From a virus, in IMG/VR virus record IMGVR_UViG_3300045988_160394, positions 64,001 to 128,000 of that record: DNA of 64,000 nucleotides, one strand, 5' to 3'. Of the stretch, positions 27,680 to 37,715 are shown piece after piece. Under the pieces are notes generated by a model. That model made no database searches, was not told the origin of the DNA, and saw nothing but the letters and a program-made list of their open reading frames with translations. The translations under genes and the position numbers were made by a program. Within the stretch, counting starts at the first letter, position 1; each line of letters begins with the position of its first letter.

Positions 27680-28336
27680 ATGATAAGACAAAGAATATTG
27701 AAATTATTTAGAAAATTGAATTTAAGTAATCCTCTAGAATATGCAAGAGAATTATTGGCTCCATTATGCAAAGAGAAGTTAGATGAAATGATATTAGAAT
27801 GTAAAGACTGTAAAACATGTTCTAATTGTAATAAGAAAATAACTATAGGTAATCCAAATGCTAATTATCTTATTATAAATGATAATGCTACTGATAATGA
27901 AGAAATAAATGAATATTTAAAAGATATTATTAGAGTAGCAGAAATACCTGAGGATGATGTTTTTATTATAAATTCAATTAGTTGTGTTTTAAAAAAGACA
28001 TTTGGAGATGAGACAATAATAAGATTACCAACAAGAAGCGAAGCTATGAATTGTAAACACTTTGTTGATTATGCTATAAGATTTGTTAATCCTAGAGTTA
28101 TAATCTGTATGGGTGCAACAAGTTTAGCTATGTATCGAAATGATATTTCAGTCGAAGATGTTAAAGGAAAATTTATTAATATAAATGGTTACAAAGCAAT
28201 AGTTACACATTCAGTTAAAGACTTATTTGGTTTTACAGAATATTATTCTGAAAATCAAGTAGAAGAAATAACTGAATCTGTTTTAAATGATGTTATAGAA
28301 GCTAAAAGATATATAGATACATTAAGAAAGGAGTAA
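27680..28336 (+). CDS. uracil-DNA-glycosylase-superfamily-like protein (family 4-like, degenerate motifs)
   Basis: N-terminal Cys cluster CKDCKTCSNC and the overall layout resemble the phage SPO1-type UDG-related protein. The canonical GEAPG motif is not seen. Confidence 0.35.
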   Translation: MIRQRILKLFRKLNLSNPLEYARELLAPLCKEKLDEMILECKDCKTCSNCNKKITIGNPNANYLIINDNATDNEEINEYLKDIIRVAEIPEDDVFIINSISCVLKKTFGDETIIRLPTRSEAMNCKHFVDYAIRFVNPRVIICMGATSLAMYRNDISVEDVKGKFININGYKAIVTHSVKDLFGFTEYYSENQVEEITESVLNDVIEAKRYIDTLRKE

Positions 28337-28343
28337 TTTTACT

Positions 28344-28997
28344 ATGTCTAAAGGTAAATTAATAATATTAGAAGGAGTCGATTGTTCAGGCAAAAGCTCA
28401 GTTTTAAATAAATTAAAAAAGGCATTACCAGTTATATATGGACAAGATCAACAATTTGTCTTTTCAAGAGAACCAGGCAGTTTACTACCTGAAGCGGAAG
28501 AAGCTGAAGAAATTAGAGAAGGAATATTAAATGGATTTGATTTAACTACAGAGCAACAAGCTGAATTGTTTGCTGAGTCTAGATTAATTCATACTAAAGC
28601 TATTATTGAATACTTAAATAAAGGCATTAATGTCGTTTTAGATAGATATTTATTAAGCTCATTAGTTTATCAAGGTAATCTGTTAGGTTATGAGAAAATA
28701 CATGATATGAATAAAAAAACAGAGGATCTTTTAATAGCTAATGATATTATATATAATAATATTATCTTAGACATCAATGAAGAAACTTATTATAAAAGAA
28801 TTAATGCTAGAAAAGAAGATAAAGACGCATTAGAAACTGTTGATGAAAAGATTATTGAAGACAGATTATTTGTATTTAATAATCTAAGAGAAGGAAAAAT
28901 AATAAATGGTTATATCTATAAAGTCAATGCTAATGGAGAAGATTTTGCTCGTATATGTATTGATGTTATAAATAAAATATATCAAATTTGCAAATAA
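28344..28997 (+). CDS. tmk: thymidylate kinase
   Basis: P-loop EGVDCSGKSS. DRYLLSSLVYQG. Confidence 0.85.
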   Translation: MSKGKLIILEGVDCSGKSSVLNKLKKALPVIYGQDQQFVFSREPGSLLPEAEEAEEIREGILNGFDLTTEQQAELFAESRLIHTKAIIEYLNKGINVVLDRYLLSSLVYQGNLLGYEKIHDMNKKTEDLLIANDIIYNNIILDINEETYYKRINARKEDKDALETVDEKIIEDRLFVFNNLREGKIINGYIYKVNANGEDFARICIDVINKIYQICK

Positions 28998-29009
28998 GGA
29001 GGAATTGAA

Positions 29010-30038
29010 ATGAGTAGTTTTTTAAAAGGTGGAAGTTTTAAACCTTTATCAAAAAAGGAAGATACTTCTGCTACAACTAAAAAAACAGCATCACCTTTTT
29101 TAAAAAAGAAAACATTAGGTGGTTTAACAAAAAAGAAAGAAGACCCTGTAAAAGAAGAAATAATCGAAGAAAAAGAAGTTAAAGAAGAGAAAGAAGAAGT
29201 ATCTACAAAAACTGTAGGTAAAACATTAAATCCTAAAAAGAAATTAACTTTAGGAGCTAAAAAAGAATCTGTTAAAGAAGAGAAAGTTGTTGAAGAGAAA
29301 AAAGAAACTCCTGTTGTAGAAGATAAAACAGAAGTAAAAGAAGTAGAGTTAAAGGAAGAAGTTAAAAAGGTTAAAGAAGAAACTGTTAAAGAAACAGAAA
29401 CTAAACCCGAAACTGTAACTAAAGAAGAACCAGAACCACAAGAGAAAGTTACTAAAAAATCTACTAAGAAAACAACTAAAAAGAATGCTTCTAAAAAGAC
29501 AGAAGAAAAAGAATCAGTTGAATTAACTGTTCCTGAAGTTGATGAGAGTAGAAGAGTTTCTATAGAAGAAATGGATGAAATAATGAGACCTATTGTTGCA
29601 CCAACAACTGCTTCATGGGAAGAAGAAAAGAAGTCTGTTTTAGAAGCTTTAGAAAAGATTAAAGTAGAACAAGATATGCCAATGACACAAGTAAAAAGCT
29701 GTTTATCTGAATTAGATGCATTAAAGTTCGAAATATTAGCAAAACAACATGATGCAGAAACTAATTATGATGGAACTAAGCAAAACTATGATACTGTTAA
29801 AGCAATAGCTATAGCTAATGGTAATGGCACTAATGCTGAAACAAGAAAAGCTATTGGTATATTAGCATGTAAGAATTACACTACTCCAACAGGACAAGTA
29901 GTAGATTTAAATCAATATATGCTATTAATAGAAGAAAGACATAAATTCTATCAAAAAGTAGTAGAAATTATAGATTTTAAAAGATATAGCTTAGTTAATT
30001 ATAACGAAGCTCTTAAAATAGAAGCAAAAGGTTTATAA
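29010..30038 (+). CDS. hypothetical protein, K/E-rich N-terminal half
   Basis: ORF track. AGGAGG RBS. Low-complexity KEEVKE tracts. Confidence 0.55.
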   Translation: MSSFLKGGSFKPLSKKEDTSATTKKTASPFLKKKTLGGLTKKKEDPVKEEIIEEKEVKEEKEEVSTKTVGKTLNPKKKLTLGAKKESVKEEKVVEEKKETPVVEDKTEVKEVELKEEVKKVKEETVKETETKPETVTKEEPEPQEKVTKKSTKKTTKKNASKKTEEKESVELTVPEVDESRRVSIEEMDEIMRPIVAPTTASWEEEKKSVLEALEKIKVEQDMPMTQVKSCLSELDALKFEILAKQHDAETNYDGTKQNYDTVKAIAIANGNGTNAETRKAIGILACKNYTTPTGQVVDLNQYMLLIEERHKFYQKVVEIIDFKRYSLVNYNEALKIEAKGL

Positions 30039-30061
30039 TAATTTAATAGGAGTGAATAAAT

Positions 30062-30823
30062 ATGACATTAAAGAAAATAGATGTATCAACTGATATTACT
30101 GCTAAATTAGCTAAAGAATTACCTGAATACGTTATTCAAGAAAAAGATATGGGTAAGGGTGGTTCTTTAAGCTATGTATCAGGAGCTACTGTAACAGATA
30201 TATTAAATTCTGTTTTTGGTCCATTAAATTGGGATTCTTATGTTGTAGAACAATTTATACAAGAAAGTATTCCATTCTTCCAAAAAGTAACTAAATGGTA
30301 CAATCCACCTCAAGAATTAATAACTATTAATGATAAAGGTGAAAAAGGAGTATGGTTACAACAAGCACCTGTTGCTTGGGTAAAGGTAAGACTTATATTA
30401 AGAACAGTTGATGAACATGGTAATGTAAATCAAACCATAAAAGAATCTTTTGGTTCTAAATCTGTTATAGGTAAACAATCAGAACAAGAGCATATATTTA
30501 AATCAGCTCAAACAGATGCTCTTAAAAAGGCAGCATCATATTTAGGAATAGGTCTTCAATTATATAGAAACGAAGAGACTCAATTCTATTTTGAAGCTAT
30601 TAATAAACCTGTTATTTGGACAGAAGATTTAAGAAACGAATCTCCTTTATGGAGTAACTTATTAAAAGTTATAGATGATAAAGGTATAGATTTTGCTGAT
30701 GTAAATCAACTAGTTGAAGAAGCTACAGAAAGTCAATATATTGATATATTTACTTTACCTGAATCATATATGGAAGGATTTATCGAATACATTAATGATT
30801 TAGAAATGGATGAGGAGGAATAG
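30062..30823 (+). CDS. Rad52/Sak-family single-strand annealing protein
   Basis: GGSLSYVSGATVTDILNSVFGPLNWD ... KSAQTDALKKAASYLGIGLQLY are Rad52-type motifs. Confidence 0.65.
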   Translation: MTLKKIDVSTDITAKLAKELPEYVIQEKDMGKGGSLSYVSGATVTDILNSVFGPLNWDSYVVEQFIQESIPFFQKVTKWYNPPQELITINDKGEKGVWLQQAPVAWVKVRLILRTVDEHGNVNQTIKESFGSKSVIGKQSEQEHIFKSAQTDALKKAASYLGIGLQLYRNEETQFYFEAINKPVIWTEDLRNESPLWSNLLKVIDDKGIDFADVNQLVEEATESQYIDIFTLPESYMEGFIEYINDLEMDEEE

Positions 30824-30826
30824 TTT

Positions 30827-31054
30827 ATGGCTATTTTTATAGATGAAAACATGCTTCACTGTCCTAATGCTGACTGTAGAGGAATAGAATTTGAAAAGGT
30901 AGTTATAAAAGCCTTTAATGTTGGTCCTAAGAACAAAGAGTTTGCAAAAACTATGTTATTAGAAGCTAATAGCAGAGTTTTATTAAAATGTATTAAATGT
31001 GGTCAAACAATAGACACAAAGGATTATGATTTAAGAGAATTAAATCAAGAATAA
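30827..31054 (+). CDS. small zinc-ribbon protein
   Basis: CPNADC ... CIKCG pairs. Confidence 0.5.
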   Translation: MAIFIDENMLHCPNADCRGIEFEKVVIKAFNVGPKNKEFAKTMLLEANSRVLLKCIKCGQTIDTKDYDLRELNQE

Positions 31055-31060
31055 TAAATA

Positions 31061-31088
31061 AGATAGGGTATAATGCCCTATCTTTAAT
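31061..31088 (+). terminator. stem-loop / terminator
   Basis: AGATAGGG-TATAATG-CCCTATCT followed by TTAATT. Confidence 0.5.
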
Positions 31089-31108
31089 TAAGTTAGGAGA
31101 GAATTATT

Positions 31109-31831
31109 ATGAAAAAATTACATCCTGAAAAAGGACTTAGAATTTTTGATATTAAATGGGAAGTTAAAACAGCAGGACCAAGTCCTAATGATAACAAAAG
31201 AATAGAAGTGTTTTTGTTAGGATGTAAAAAAGCAATGAGTGGTAATCCTTGCAAAGGCTGTTTTAATAGCATGACTTGGGATAAAAGTATAGCAGAATGG
31301 TCTAGAGATCCAATTGAAGTTGCTGACATGATAATTGAAAGATGTGATCCTGATAATAAATATATTACTATTGGCGGAGGAGAACCTACAGATCAATTAG
31401 AATATTTAATACCTCTTGTAAAAAAATTAAAAGAAAATGGATTTCATATTTTAATGTATACATGGAGAAATTTAAGAAATGAATTAATAGCTAAACCATT
31501 AACTACTTTCTCAGATGGAGCTACAAATCCTAAAGCTTTCAATAGAGGAATAAAAGATCAGTTAGAAGAAATAATGAATTACTTGGACATTATTATAGAT
31601 GGAGAATTTATTCAAGAAGAAAAGTTATGGGACCCAAATGATGAAGAGAATTCAGCTAGAAATTTTATTGGCTCTGGAAATCAAATTATATGGGATGTTC
31701 CATATAGATGTGGGCATGCATTAAGAGATATAAAATCTGTTAGTTTAATTGACGATGATGATGAAAAAGATGCTCTTTATTATCAATTAAATAAAAATAT
31801 AGAAGATTGTGAAATCTATTATTTAATATAG
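31109..31831 (+). CDS. radical-SAM activase-like protein (NrdG/QueE-like, atypical Cys spacing)
   Basis: VFLLGCKKAMSGNPCKGCFN (compare NrdG GCxHxCxGCfN) and GGGEPT. Confidence 0.45.
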   Translation: MKKLHPEKGLRIFDIKWEVKTAGPSPNDNKRIEVFLLGCKKAMSGNPCKGCFNSMTWDKSIAEWSRDPIEVADMIIERCDPDNKYITIGGGEPTDQLEYLIPLVKKLKENGFHILMYTWRNLRNELIAKPLTTFSDGATNPKAFNRGIKDQLEEIMNYLDIIIDGEFIQEEKLWDPNDEENSARNFIGSGNQIIWDVPYRCGHALRDIKSVSLIDDDDEKDALYYQLNKNIEDCEIYYLI

Positions 31832-31835
31832 AGAG

Positions 31836-32693
31836 GTGATTGAATTGACATATAAAATTGTAAATAGGTATGGTGAGATATTTGTTGTAACAGATAAGAA
31901 ATATGATAATAAAACTATTACTGTAAATATTTCTAGTATTGTATTAACAGATACAATTACTGTTTTAAAAACTATGCCAATAAAAGAAGATTTTGTTTGG
32001 ACGTTATTCTTTAATGAAGAAAACAGCCAATTATATATGAAACTTATAACAGAATCTATGACTTTTCAAACCAAAATGGATCTAGATAAAACTATTGAAG
32101 AACTAGTTAAATGTGTAGAAGAGAATAAGACTTTAAGCAATTGTATTTATATAAATGAAATTATAAATAAATTATATAATGATGCTTTTAAATTCTTTTT
32201 TGAAGATAACATAGTTCTTTTGTCTAATCACATAGTTAAAGATATAGCATACGTATATAATTTAAATAATAAAAATATAGGTTGTGCATCTAGATTTATA
32301 ATTACTCCTACCTGTTGTTATCTTTTAGAATACGAAGGTAGAGGAAAAGATGTAGAAGATATGAAATATATAGAAGTGATAATAGGAAAAAAGAGAATCC
32401 AATTTTTAAAATCTAAGATAGAAGAATCTTTCTTTTCAATTATTGGATACTATGAAGTTACTGGTATATTGGGGCAAATATGTGACTTAGATGAAGTAAA
32501 AAAAGAACGCATAAATATAGAAGAAGTAACTCCTTTAAAGGTAAAACCAAATTTAATATCTTTAATTGATATGAAAGATTATGTTGTTAGCTCTAACAAT
32601 GTCGAAACCTTATTGAGTTATAAAAAGACTATGAAACCTTCAGTATCTATGATTAATATTAATAAGTATATATTAAAAGATTTTATGATTTAA
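31836..32693 (+). CDS. hypothetical protein
   Basis: ORF track. Confidence 0.5.
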   Translation: MIELTYKIVNRYGEIFVVTDKKYDNKTITVNISSIVLTDTITVLKTMPIKEDFVWTLFFNEENSQLYMKLITESMTFQTKMDLDKTIEELVKCVEENKTLSNCIYINEIINKLYNDAFKFFFEDNIVLLSNHIVKDIAYVYNLNNKNIGCASRFIITPTCCYLLEYEGRGKDVEDMKYIEVIIGKKRIQFLKSKIEESFFSIIGYYEVTGILGQICDLDEVKKERINIEEVTPLKVKPNLISLIDMKDYVVSSNNVETLLSYKKTMKPSVSMININKYILKDFMI

Positions 32694-32707
32694 AGGAGGA
32701 TATTGAT

Positions 32708-34303
32708 ATGTTATTTAAAGATGAACTAGTGTCTTTGTTAAAAGCTAGACAACCTGGTATTTGGATTAATACTACAGAAGAAAAAGAAGCAGTTATAGCT
32801 ATTAGAAATGCAGTTGCAGAAGTAGCAGAATATGATGATATATATCTTTGGTCTATGAATGAAGGTATATATCAATTAGTAGAGGGTGAAGAAAAATTAA
32901 CATATGATCAAGTTTCTGCTAATCCTGGATTTGCTGAATTAAGTAAATACTTAAAAGAAAGTAATGATAAAGATTTAAATTTATCAAGAGTATGGGTATT
33001 AAGAGATTATCATTTAACTTTTAATAATCCAGTTTCAATAAGAGTTATTAGAGATTTAAAGGAATCTCCTTTAAGTAAATATACTCCAATAATAATAATT
33101 TCACCTGATATAGATATACCATTTGAATTATCTCATTTGTTTACTGTATTAAATTATGATACTCCATCTATTGAAGATATTGAAGAATTAGTAAAAGCTT
33201 GGTGTAATGCAAAAGACCAAGAAGAATTATCTGAAGAAGATATAAAAACAGTTGGGAAAAGATTATATGGTTTTCATAGATGTGAAATTATTAAAATGTT
33301 AAACTTATCTTTAGTTAAGTATGGTAAAATAAGTTTAGACATAATTAATGAGAAGAAAATAGAAAGTATTTCTGAATCAGGAGTTTTAGATTATAAAGTT
33401 CCTAAAGCTAATTTAGATAATGTAGGAGGAAATGAAAAATTCAAAGAATGGGTTGAAGTAATAGAATCTTGCATGACTGAAGAAGCCAGAGAATACGGGA
33501 TACCAGCTCCAAAAGGATATTTATCTGTTGGTATACCAGGATCAAGTAAAACTTACAGTGCAGAAGCATTAGCTGGCAAATGGAATGTTCCGTTTATAAA
33601 ATTAAATATGTCTAAGATAAATAGTAGATATAGTGGTGAAACAGAAAGAAATATGGCTAAAGCCTTAAATCTTGTTAAATCTTGTGCACCATGCGTATTT
33701 TTAATAGATGAAATAGAAAAAGCTTTAGGTGGTTATGCTTCATCTAATAATTCAGATTCTGGAGCAATAGCTAGAGCATTTGGTTTAGTATTAGAATTCT
33801 TAAACGATAACGATAATGGTGTATTTGTAGTTATGACTTCTAATGATGTAAGTCAATTACCACCAGAGTTAACTAGAGCAGGTAGATTAGATGCTACTTG
33901 GTATTTCTCATTACCTACTTTATCTGAAAGAAAAGAAATATTTAAGATACATTTAAATAGAATAGGTAAAGAAGTAGACGAAGAAACTATTAATAAAATA
34001 GCAGAAGAAACAGTTGCTTATACTGGAGCAGAAATAGAATCAATAGTAAAAGCTGCTTTAAGAAGAGCATTTATGTTAAAAGTTAAAAAAGGTATAGACA
34101 ATGGAATAGATTATGATATATTATTAGAATCTAAAAACGAAGTTGTACCTGTAGCTTTATCTTCTAGAGAAAAAATAATAGCTTTAGAGAATTGGTCATA
34201 CGGTAGAGCTTTAAGAGCTAGTGATTCATCAGAAGATGAAGAAATAATTGAAAATGAAAAGAAAAGTTCAACACCTGTTTTTAAATTTAAAAAGAAAAAA
34301 TAG
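32708..34303 (+). CDS. AAA+ ATPase (FtsH/Cdc48-type ATPase domain)
   Basis: Walker A GIPGSSKT. Walker B VFLIDEIEKA. TSNDVSQLPPELTRAGRLD. Confidence 0.8.
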   Translation: MLFKDELVSLLKARQPGIWINTTEEKEAVIAIRNAVAEVAEYDDIYLWSMNEGIYQLVEGEEKLTYDQVSANPGFAELSKYLKESNDKDLNLSRVWVLRDYHLTFNNPVSIRVIRDLKESPLSKYTPIIIISPDIDIPFELSHLFTVLNYDTPSIEDIEELVKAWCNAKDQEELSEEDIKTVGKRLYGFHRCEIIKMLNLSLVKYGKISLDIINEKKIESISESGVLDYKVPKANLDNVGGNEKFKEWVEVIESCMTEEAREYGIPAPKGYLSVGIPGSSKTYSAEALAGKWNVPFIKLNMSKINSRYSGETERNMAKALNLVKSCAPCVFLIDEIEKALGGYASSNNSDSGAIARAFGLVLEFLNDNDNGVFVVMTSNDVSQLPPELTRAGRLDATWYFSLPTLSERKEIFKIHLNRIGKEVDEETINKIAEETVAYTGAEIESIVKAALRRAFMLKVKKGIDNGIDYDILLESKNEVVPVALSSREKIIALENWSYGRALRASDSSEDEEIIENEKKSSTPVFKFKKKK

Positions 34304-34346
34304 ATGTTGCTTATATAAATATTAATTTTAATAGGAGATGATAATT

Positions 34347-34742
34347 ATGTCAGTATGGACAAGAGTACAAACTAAAGTATTAAATGAAAATGTAGATATG
34401 GGTATCTTAGAAGAAGCCTTAAATGATTTAGAATTATCACTAGATAAAACAGTAACTAGAGTAGAAAATAGCTATGGTCATTCTAGTGTAACAGCAGGAT
34501 TAAAATATAAAGGAAGAAATATAGATATGGGTATCGTTGTTAATAGTAAAAAAGGTATTACTTTAGCAGGAGATACTTATAGATCAGGTATAGTTGGAGA
34601 TAATCAAGCTGATAAATTAATCAATATGATATCTCAAGCATATCAAAAAGTTAAATTAACAAGAGATTTAGAATTAGAAGGTTGGACTATTACATCTAAG
34701 AATGTTGATGGTAAAATAGTTCTAGACTGTATCCATCTTTAA
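34347..34742 (+). CDS. DUF1257-like protein
   Basis: The N-terminal pattern SVWTRVQTKVLNENVDMGILEEALNDLEL resembles DUF1257. It is a neighbour of the AAA+ ATPase. Confidence 0.45.
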   Translation: MSVWTRVQTKVLNENVDMGILEEALNDLELSLDKTVTRVENSYGHSSVTAGLKYKGRNIDMGIVVNSKKGITLAGDTYRSGIVGDNQADKLINMISQAYQKVKLTRDLELEGWTITSKNVDGKIVLDCIHL

Positions 34743-34766
34743 TCTATAAATAGGGAGGTCTAGAAT

Positions 34767-35246
34767 ATGGCTAACATGTGTTATTTTAACTTAAAAGTTA
34801 TAGGAGATCTTAAAAATCTTCAAAAGTTTGAAGAAATATTAACAGCAGATTATGATTATGACAATCCAATAGCTTGTGAATCTGAGCATCTTTTTAGAAT
34901 ATATGACCCTAAAAAGATTAAATTGGGTAATGATTATGATATATATGCTGGGGAATGTGCTTGGTCTGCTTTTTCTTGTATGTTAGACAAATCTTCTAGA
35001 TCTAACTATGCTTGTTTAAAGAGGAATTATCCTGAAAAGTTTAAAGGAACTACAATAGACGAAGTGTCAAAAAAATTAAATCTAAAAATAGAAGTTTTTT
35101 CAGAAGAAACAGATTTCACTGAGCACATTATTGTTGATAATGGTGATATAGTTTTAAACGAAGAAAAAGATTTTGAAGAAAGATATATCGAAGAAACTGA
35201 TTCTTATATAAAAATTGGTGGACACGAATGGGAATTTACGATATAA
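34767..35246 (+). CDS. DUF1281/Api92-like protein
   Basis: MANMCYFNLKVIGD resembles the DUF1281 N-terminus (M.NWC.N.L.v.G). Confidence 0.4.
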   Translation: MANMCYFNLKVIGDLKNLQKFEEILTADYDYDNPIACESEHLFRIYDPKKIKLGNDYDIYAGECAWSAFSCMLDKSSRSNYACLKRNYPEKFKGTTIDEVSKKLNLKIEVFSEETDFTEHIIVDNGDIVLNEEKDFEERYIEETDSYIKIGGHEWEFTI

Positions 35247-35262
35247 AAAGGAGGAATTAATC

Positions 35263-35463
35263 ATGAAGAGAGTAGAAATAACTATAAATTCAGATGGTAG
35301 TACAGAATTAGATTTTAAAGAAGGATTCTCAGGAATGAGTTGTGTAGAAAAATCTAAGCAAATAGAATTAATGATAGGTGGTGGTTCTGTTGAAAGACAA
35401 GAAAAGCCAGAATACTATGAATCTGAAAGTAGCATAGATTTAGGTGTAGATATATTTAGATAA
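35263..35463 (+). CDS. DUF2997-like small protein
   Basis: ATG 35263 after AGGAGG. VEITINSDGSTELDFKEGFSGMSCVEKSKQIE matches the DUF2997 pattern. Confidence 0.5.
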   Translation: MKRVEITINSDGSTELDFKEGFSGMSCVEKSKQIELMIGGGSVERQEKPEYYESESSIDLGVDIFR

Positions 35464-35465
35464 GA

Positions 35466-35488
35466 GGCACATTCTGATGTGCCCTTTT
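35466..35488 (+). terminator. rho-independent terminator
   Basis: GGCACAT-TCTG-ATGTGCC followed by CTTTT. Confidence 0.6.
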
Positions 35489-35516
35489 AGTTCAAAATTA
35501 GAAGGAGGATATTAAC

Positions 35517-37418
35517 ATGACAAAAACAGAAGTATTGGCAACAGCTAATGATGAGCAACAAGAGGCTATTAAACATCAAGAAGGTGCGTGTATTATAATT
35601 GCTGGTCCAGGTAGTGGAAAGACAAAGACAGTAATATCAAGAACTCAATATATGATATTAAATGGAGTAGATCCATCTCAAATATGTCTTTTTACTTTTA
35701 CAAATAAAGCAGCCAATGAAATGAAAGAAAGAATTAGATCTGCTGTAGGAGATCTAGCTGATAATATAACTTGTGGAACTTATCATTCAGTTGCACATAG
35801 ACTATTAAGAAAATACGCAACTCATATTGGATTTAATAAAAATTTTACTATATTAAGTCCTGATGATTGTAAAAAAATCTTAAAGAAAATTGGTAAACAA
35901 AGAGGTGTAGAAGAAGATATCTTATCTCTTTATATATCAGCTAAAAAGGATAAAGTTATTTCACCTGAAAGAGCTTTAACTGATGCAAAGAATGAAGCCG
36001 AAAAGGTTATGGCTAATGCTTATATAGATTATCAAAACGATCTAAAACGTCAAATGGCTATGGACTTTGATGACTTAATAATAAATACAATAAAATTATT
36101 ACAAAACTGCCCTGAAGTAAAGAAAACTATTAATAATAAATGGAGATATATTACTGCTGATGAAGCACATGACTCTTCTCCTAGAGATTTAATGTTAATA
36201 AGATTGCTTGGCGGTGATTCTGAAAATGTTTGTTTTATTCTAGATGATCATCAAAGTATATATGGTTTTAGAGGAGCAGATATAGAAGCAGTTATGAATG
36301 TAAGAAATGTCTATAAAGATATAAGTATCTTTAATTTATCAAGAAATTATAGATGTTCTCAAACAATAGTTGAAGCTAGTAAATCTTTAATAGCTAAAAA
36401 TACTGCTTTGATAGAAAAGAGAATTGTAGCTGCTAGAGATTATAAAGGTAGTCCTATTATAGTTTCTAGAGTTAAAAATCCTCAACAAGAAGCTGCTAGA
36501 GTAATACAATATGTACAAGCATTAAGAAAAAAGGGTTTAAAATATAAAGATATTGCTGTATTATATAGAATGTCATCTGCTTCTAGAGTATTAGAACAAG
36601 CTTTCAATACAGCTAAGATACAATGTAAAATCGTAGGAGGAACTCCTTTCTTTAATAGAGCAGAAATACAAGATATATTATCTTATTTAAGATTGCTTGT
36701 TAATGAATATGATTTTACAGCTTTTAAAAGAGCAATCACTGTTCCCAAAAGAGGGATCGGTGAAAAAACTATAGAAAAGATAGATGAATTTGCAAGAAAT
36801 TATCCAGGTGGAGCTATTTCAATCAGAAAAGCTATAGAGGAAATAGATCTTTCAGGTAAAGCTCAAAAAACAATTAAAGATTTTGTTGATTACCTAAATG
36901 AATTAGAGATAGCTATGGTTAATATGTCTCCAAAAGATTTAATCTTAAAGATATGTAAAGATATAGATATTACAAATTATCTTCAAACAAATCCTGATTA
37001 TAAAAAGAATTGGGAAGATAGAATAGGTAATGTAAAAGAGCTATTAAATGTAGCAGCAGAATATGCAGATATTCAAGAGCTTATAAGTCAAGCATCTTTG
37101 TATGCTGATACAGATGGCGAAGAAGAAGAAAAACAAGATGCAGTTAATTTATTAACTATGCATAGTTCTAAAGGGTTAGAATATAAAGCAGTTATTATAG
37201 TTAACTGTAATGAAGGAACTTCTCCTCATTATAAATCTTTAGGTATAAAGAAACAATTAGAAGAAGAAAGAAGACTTTTCTATGTTGCTATGACTAGAGC
37301 AAAAGATTACTTATTTATGACTTTCCCTGATTGTGTTTTAGTTCAAGGACAATTACAATATGCAAAGCCATCTAGATTTTTAAATGAAATAGATAAAAAA
37401 TATATCTATAGAAACTAA
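35517..37418 (+). CDS. uvrD: UvrD/PcrA-family (SF1) DNA helicase
   Basis: AGPGSGKTKT, TFTNKAANEM, YGFRGA, LTMHSSKGLEY, YVAMTRAK. Confidence 0.9.
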   Translation: MTKTEVLATANDEQQEAIKHQEGACIIIAGPGSGKTKTVISRTQYMILNGVDPSQICLFTFTNKAANEMKERIRSAVGDLADNITCGTYHSVAHRLLRKYATHIGFNKNFTILSPDDCKKILKKIGKQRGVEEDILSLYISAKKDKVISPERALTDAKNEAEKVMANAYIDYQNDLKRQMAMDFDDLIINTIKLLQNCPEVKKTINNKWRYITADEAHDSSPRDLMLIRLLGGDSENVCFILDDHQSIYGFRGADIEAVMNVRNVYKDISIFNLSRNYRCSQTIVEASKSLIAKNTALIEKRIVAARDYKGSPIIVSRVKNPQQEAARVIQYVQALRKKGLKYKDIAVLYRMSSASRVLEQAFNTAKIQCKIVGGTPFFNRAEIQDILSYLRLLVNEYDFTAFKRAITVPKRGIGEKTIEKIDEFARNYPGGAISIRKAIEEIDLSGKAQKTIKDFVDYLNELEIAMVNMSPKDLILKICKDIDITNYLQTNPDYKKNWEDRIGNVKELLNVAAEYADIQELISQASLYADTDGEEEEKQDAVNLLTMHSSKGLEYKAVIIVNCNEGTSPHYKSLGIKKQLEEERRLFYVAMTRAKDYLFMTFPDCVLVQGQLQYAKPSRFLNEIDKKYIYRN

Positions 37419-37439
37419 TAAATTGGAGGAGGCAAATAT

Positions 37440-37715
37440 ATGACTTTTGAAAAATATTGTAATGGAGTAATTGAAGATTTTATTGAAGATGTTGAGTTAA
37501 AACTATGTCTAGAACTAACTCAAGATCAGAAAGATGATATTTATACAGCTATGGAAGAACATAAAGAATGTTTTGAAGAAGAATATGAATCTTTCTGTAA
37601 AGAAGACGCTGAAATGATTATTTCTGTTATATATTCTGAATCAGTTGCTATAGAATGTATGAATTGTAATGAAACAATTATAGATACTGATGTTTTGTTT
37701 TTAGGTAATGAATAA
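37440..37715 (+). CDS. hypothetical acidic protein
   Basis: ORF track. GGAGGAGG RBS. Confidence 0.5.
   Translation: MTFEKYCNGVIEDFIEDVELKLCLELTQDQKDDIYTAMEEHKECFEEEYESFCKEDAEMIISVIYSESVAIECMNCNETIIDTDVLFLGNE

Noticed and set aside
29100-29520. Repetitive KEE/VKE-coding tracts (also 9840-9960 and 40100-40900) as DNA repeats or a CRISPR-like array.
   Set aside because: They are in-frame low-complexity coding sequence with no regular repeat-spacer periodicity. I saw no CRISPR array anywhere in the window.
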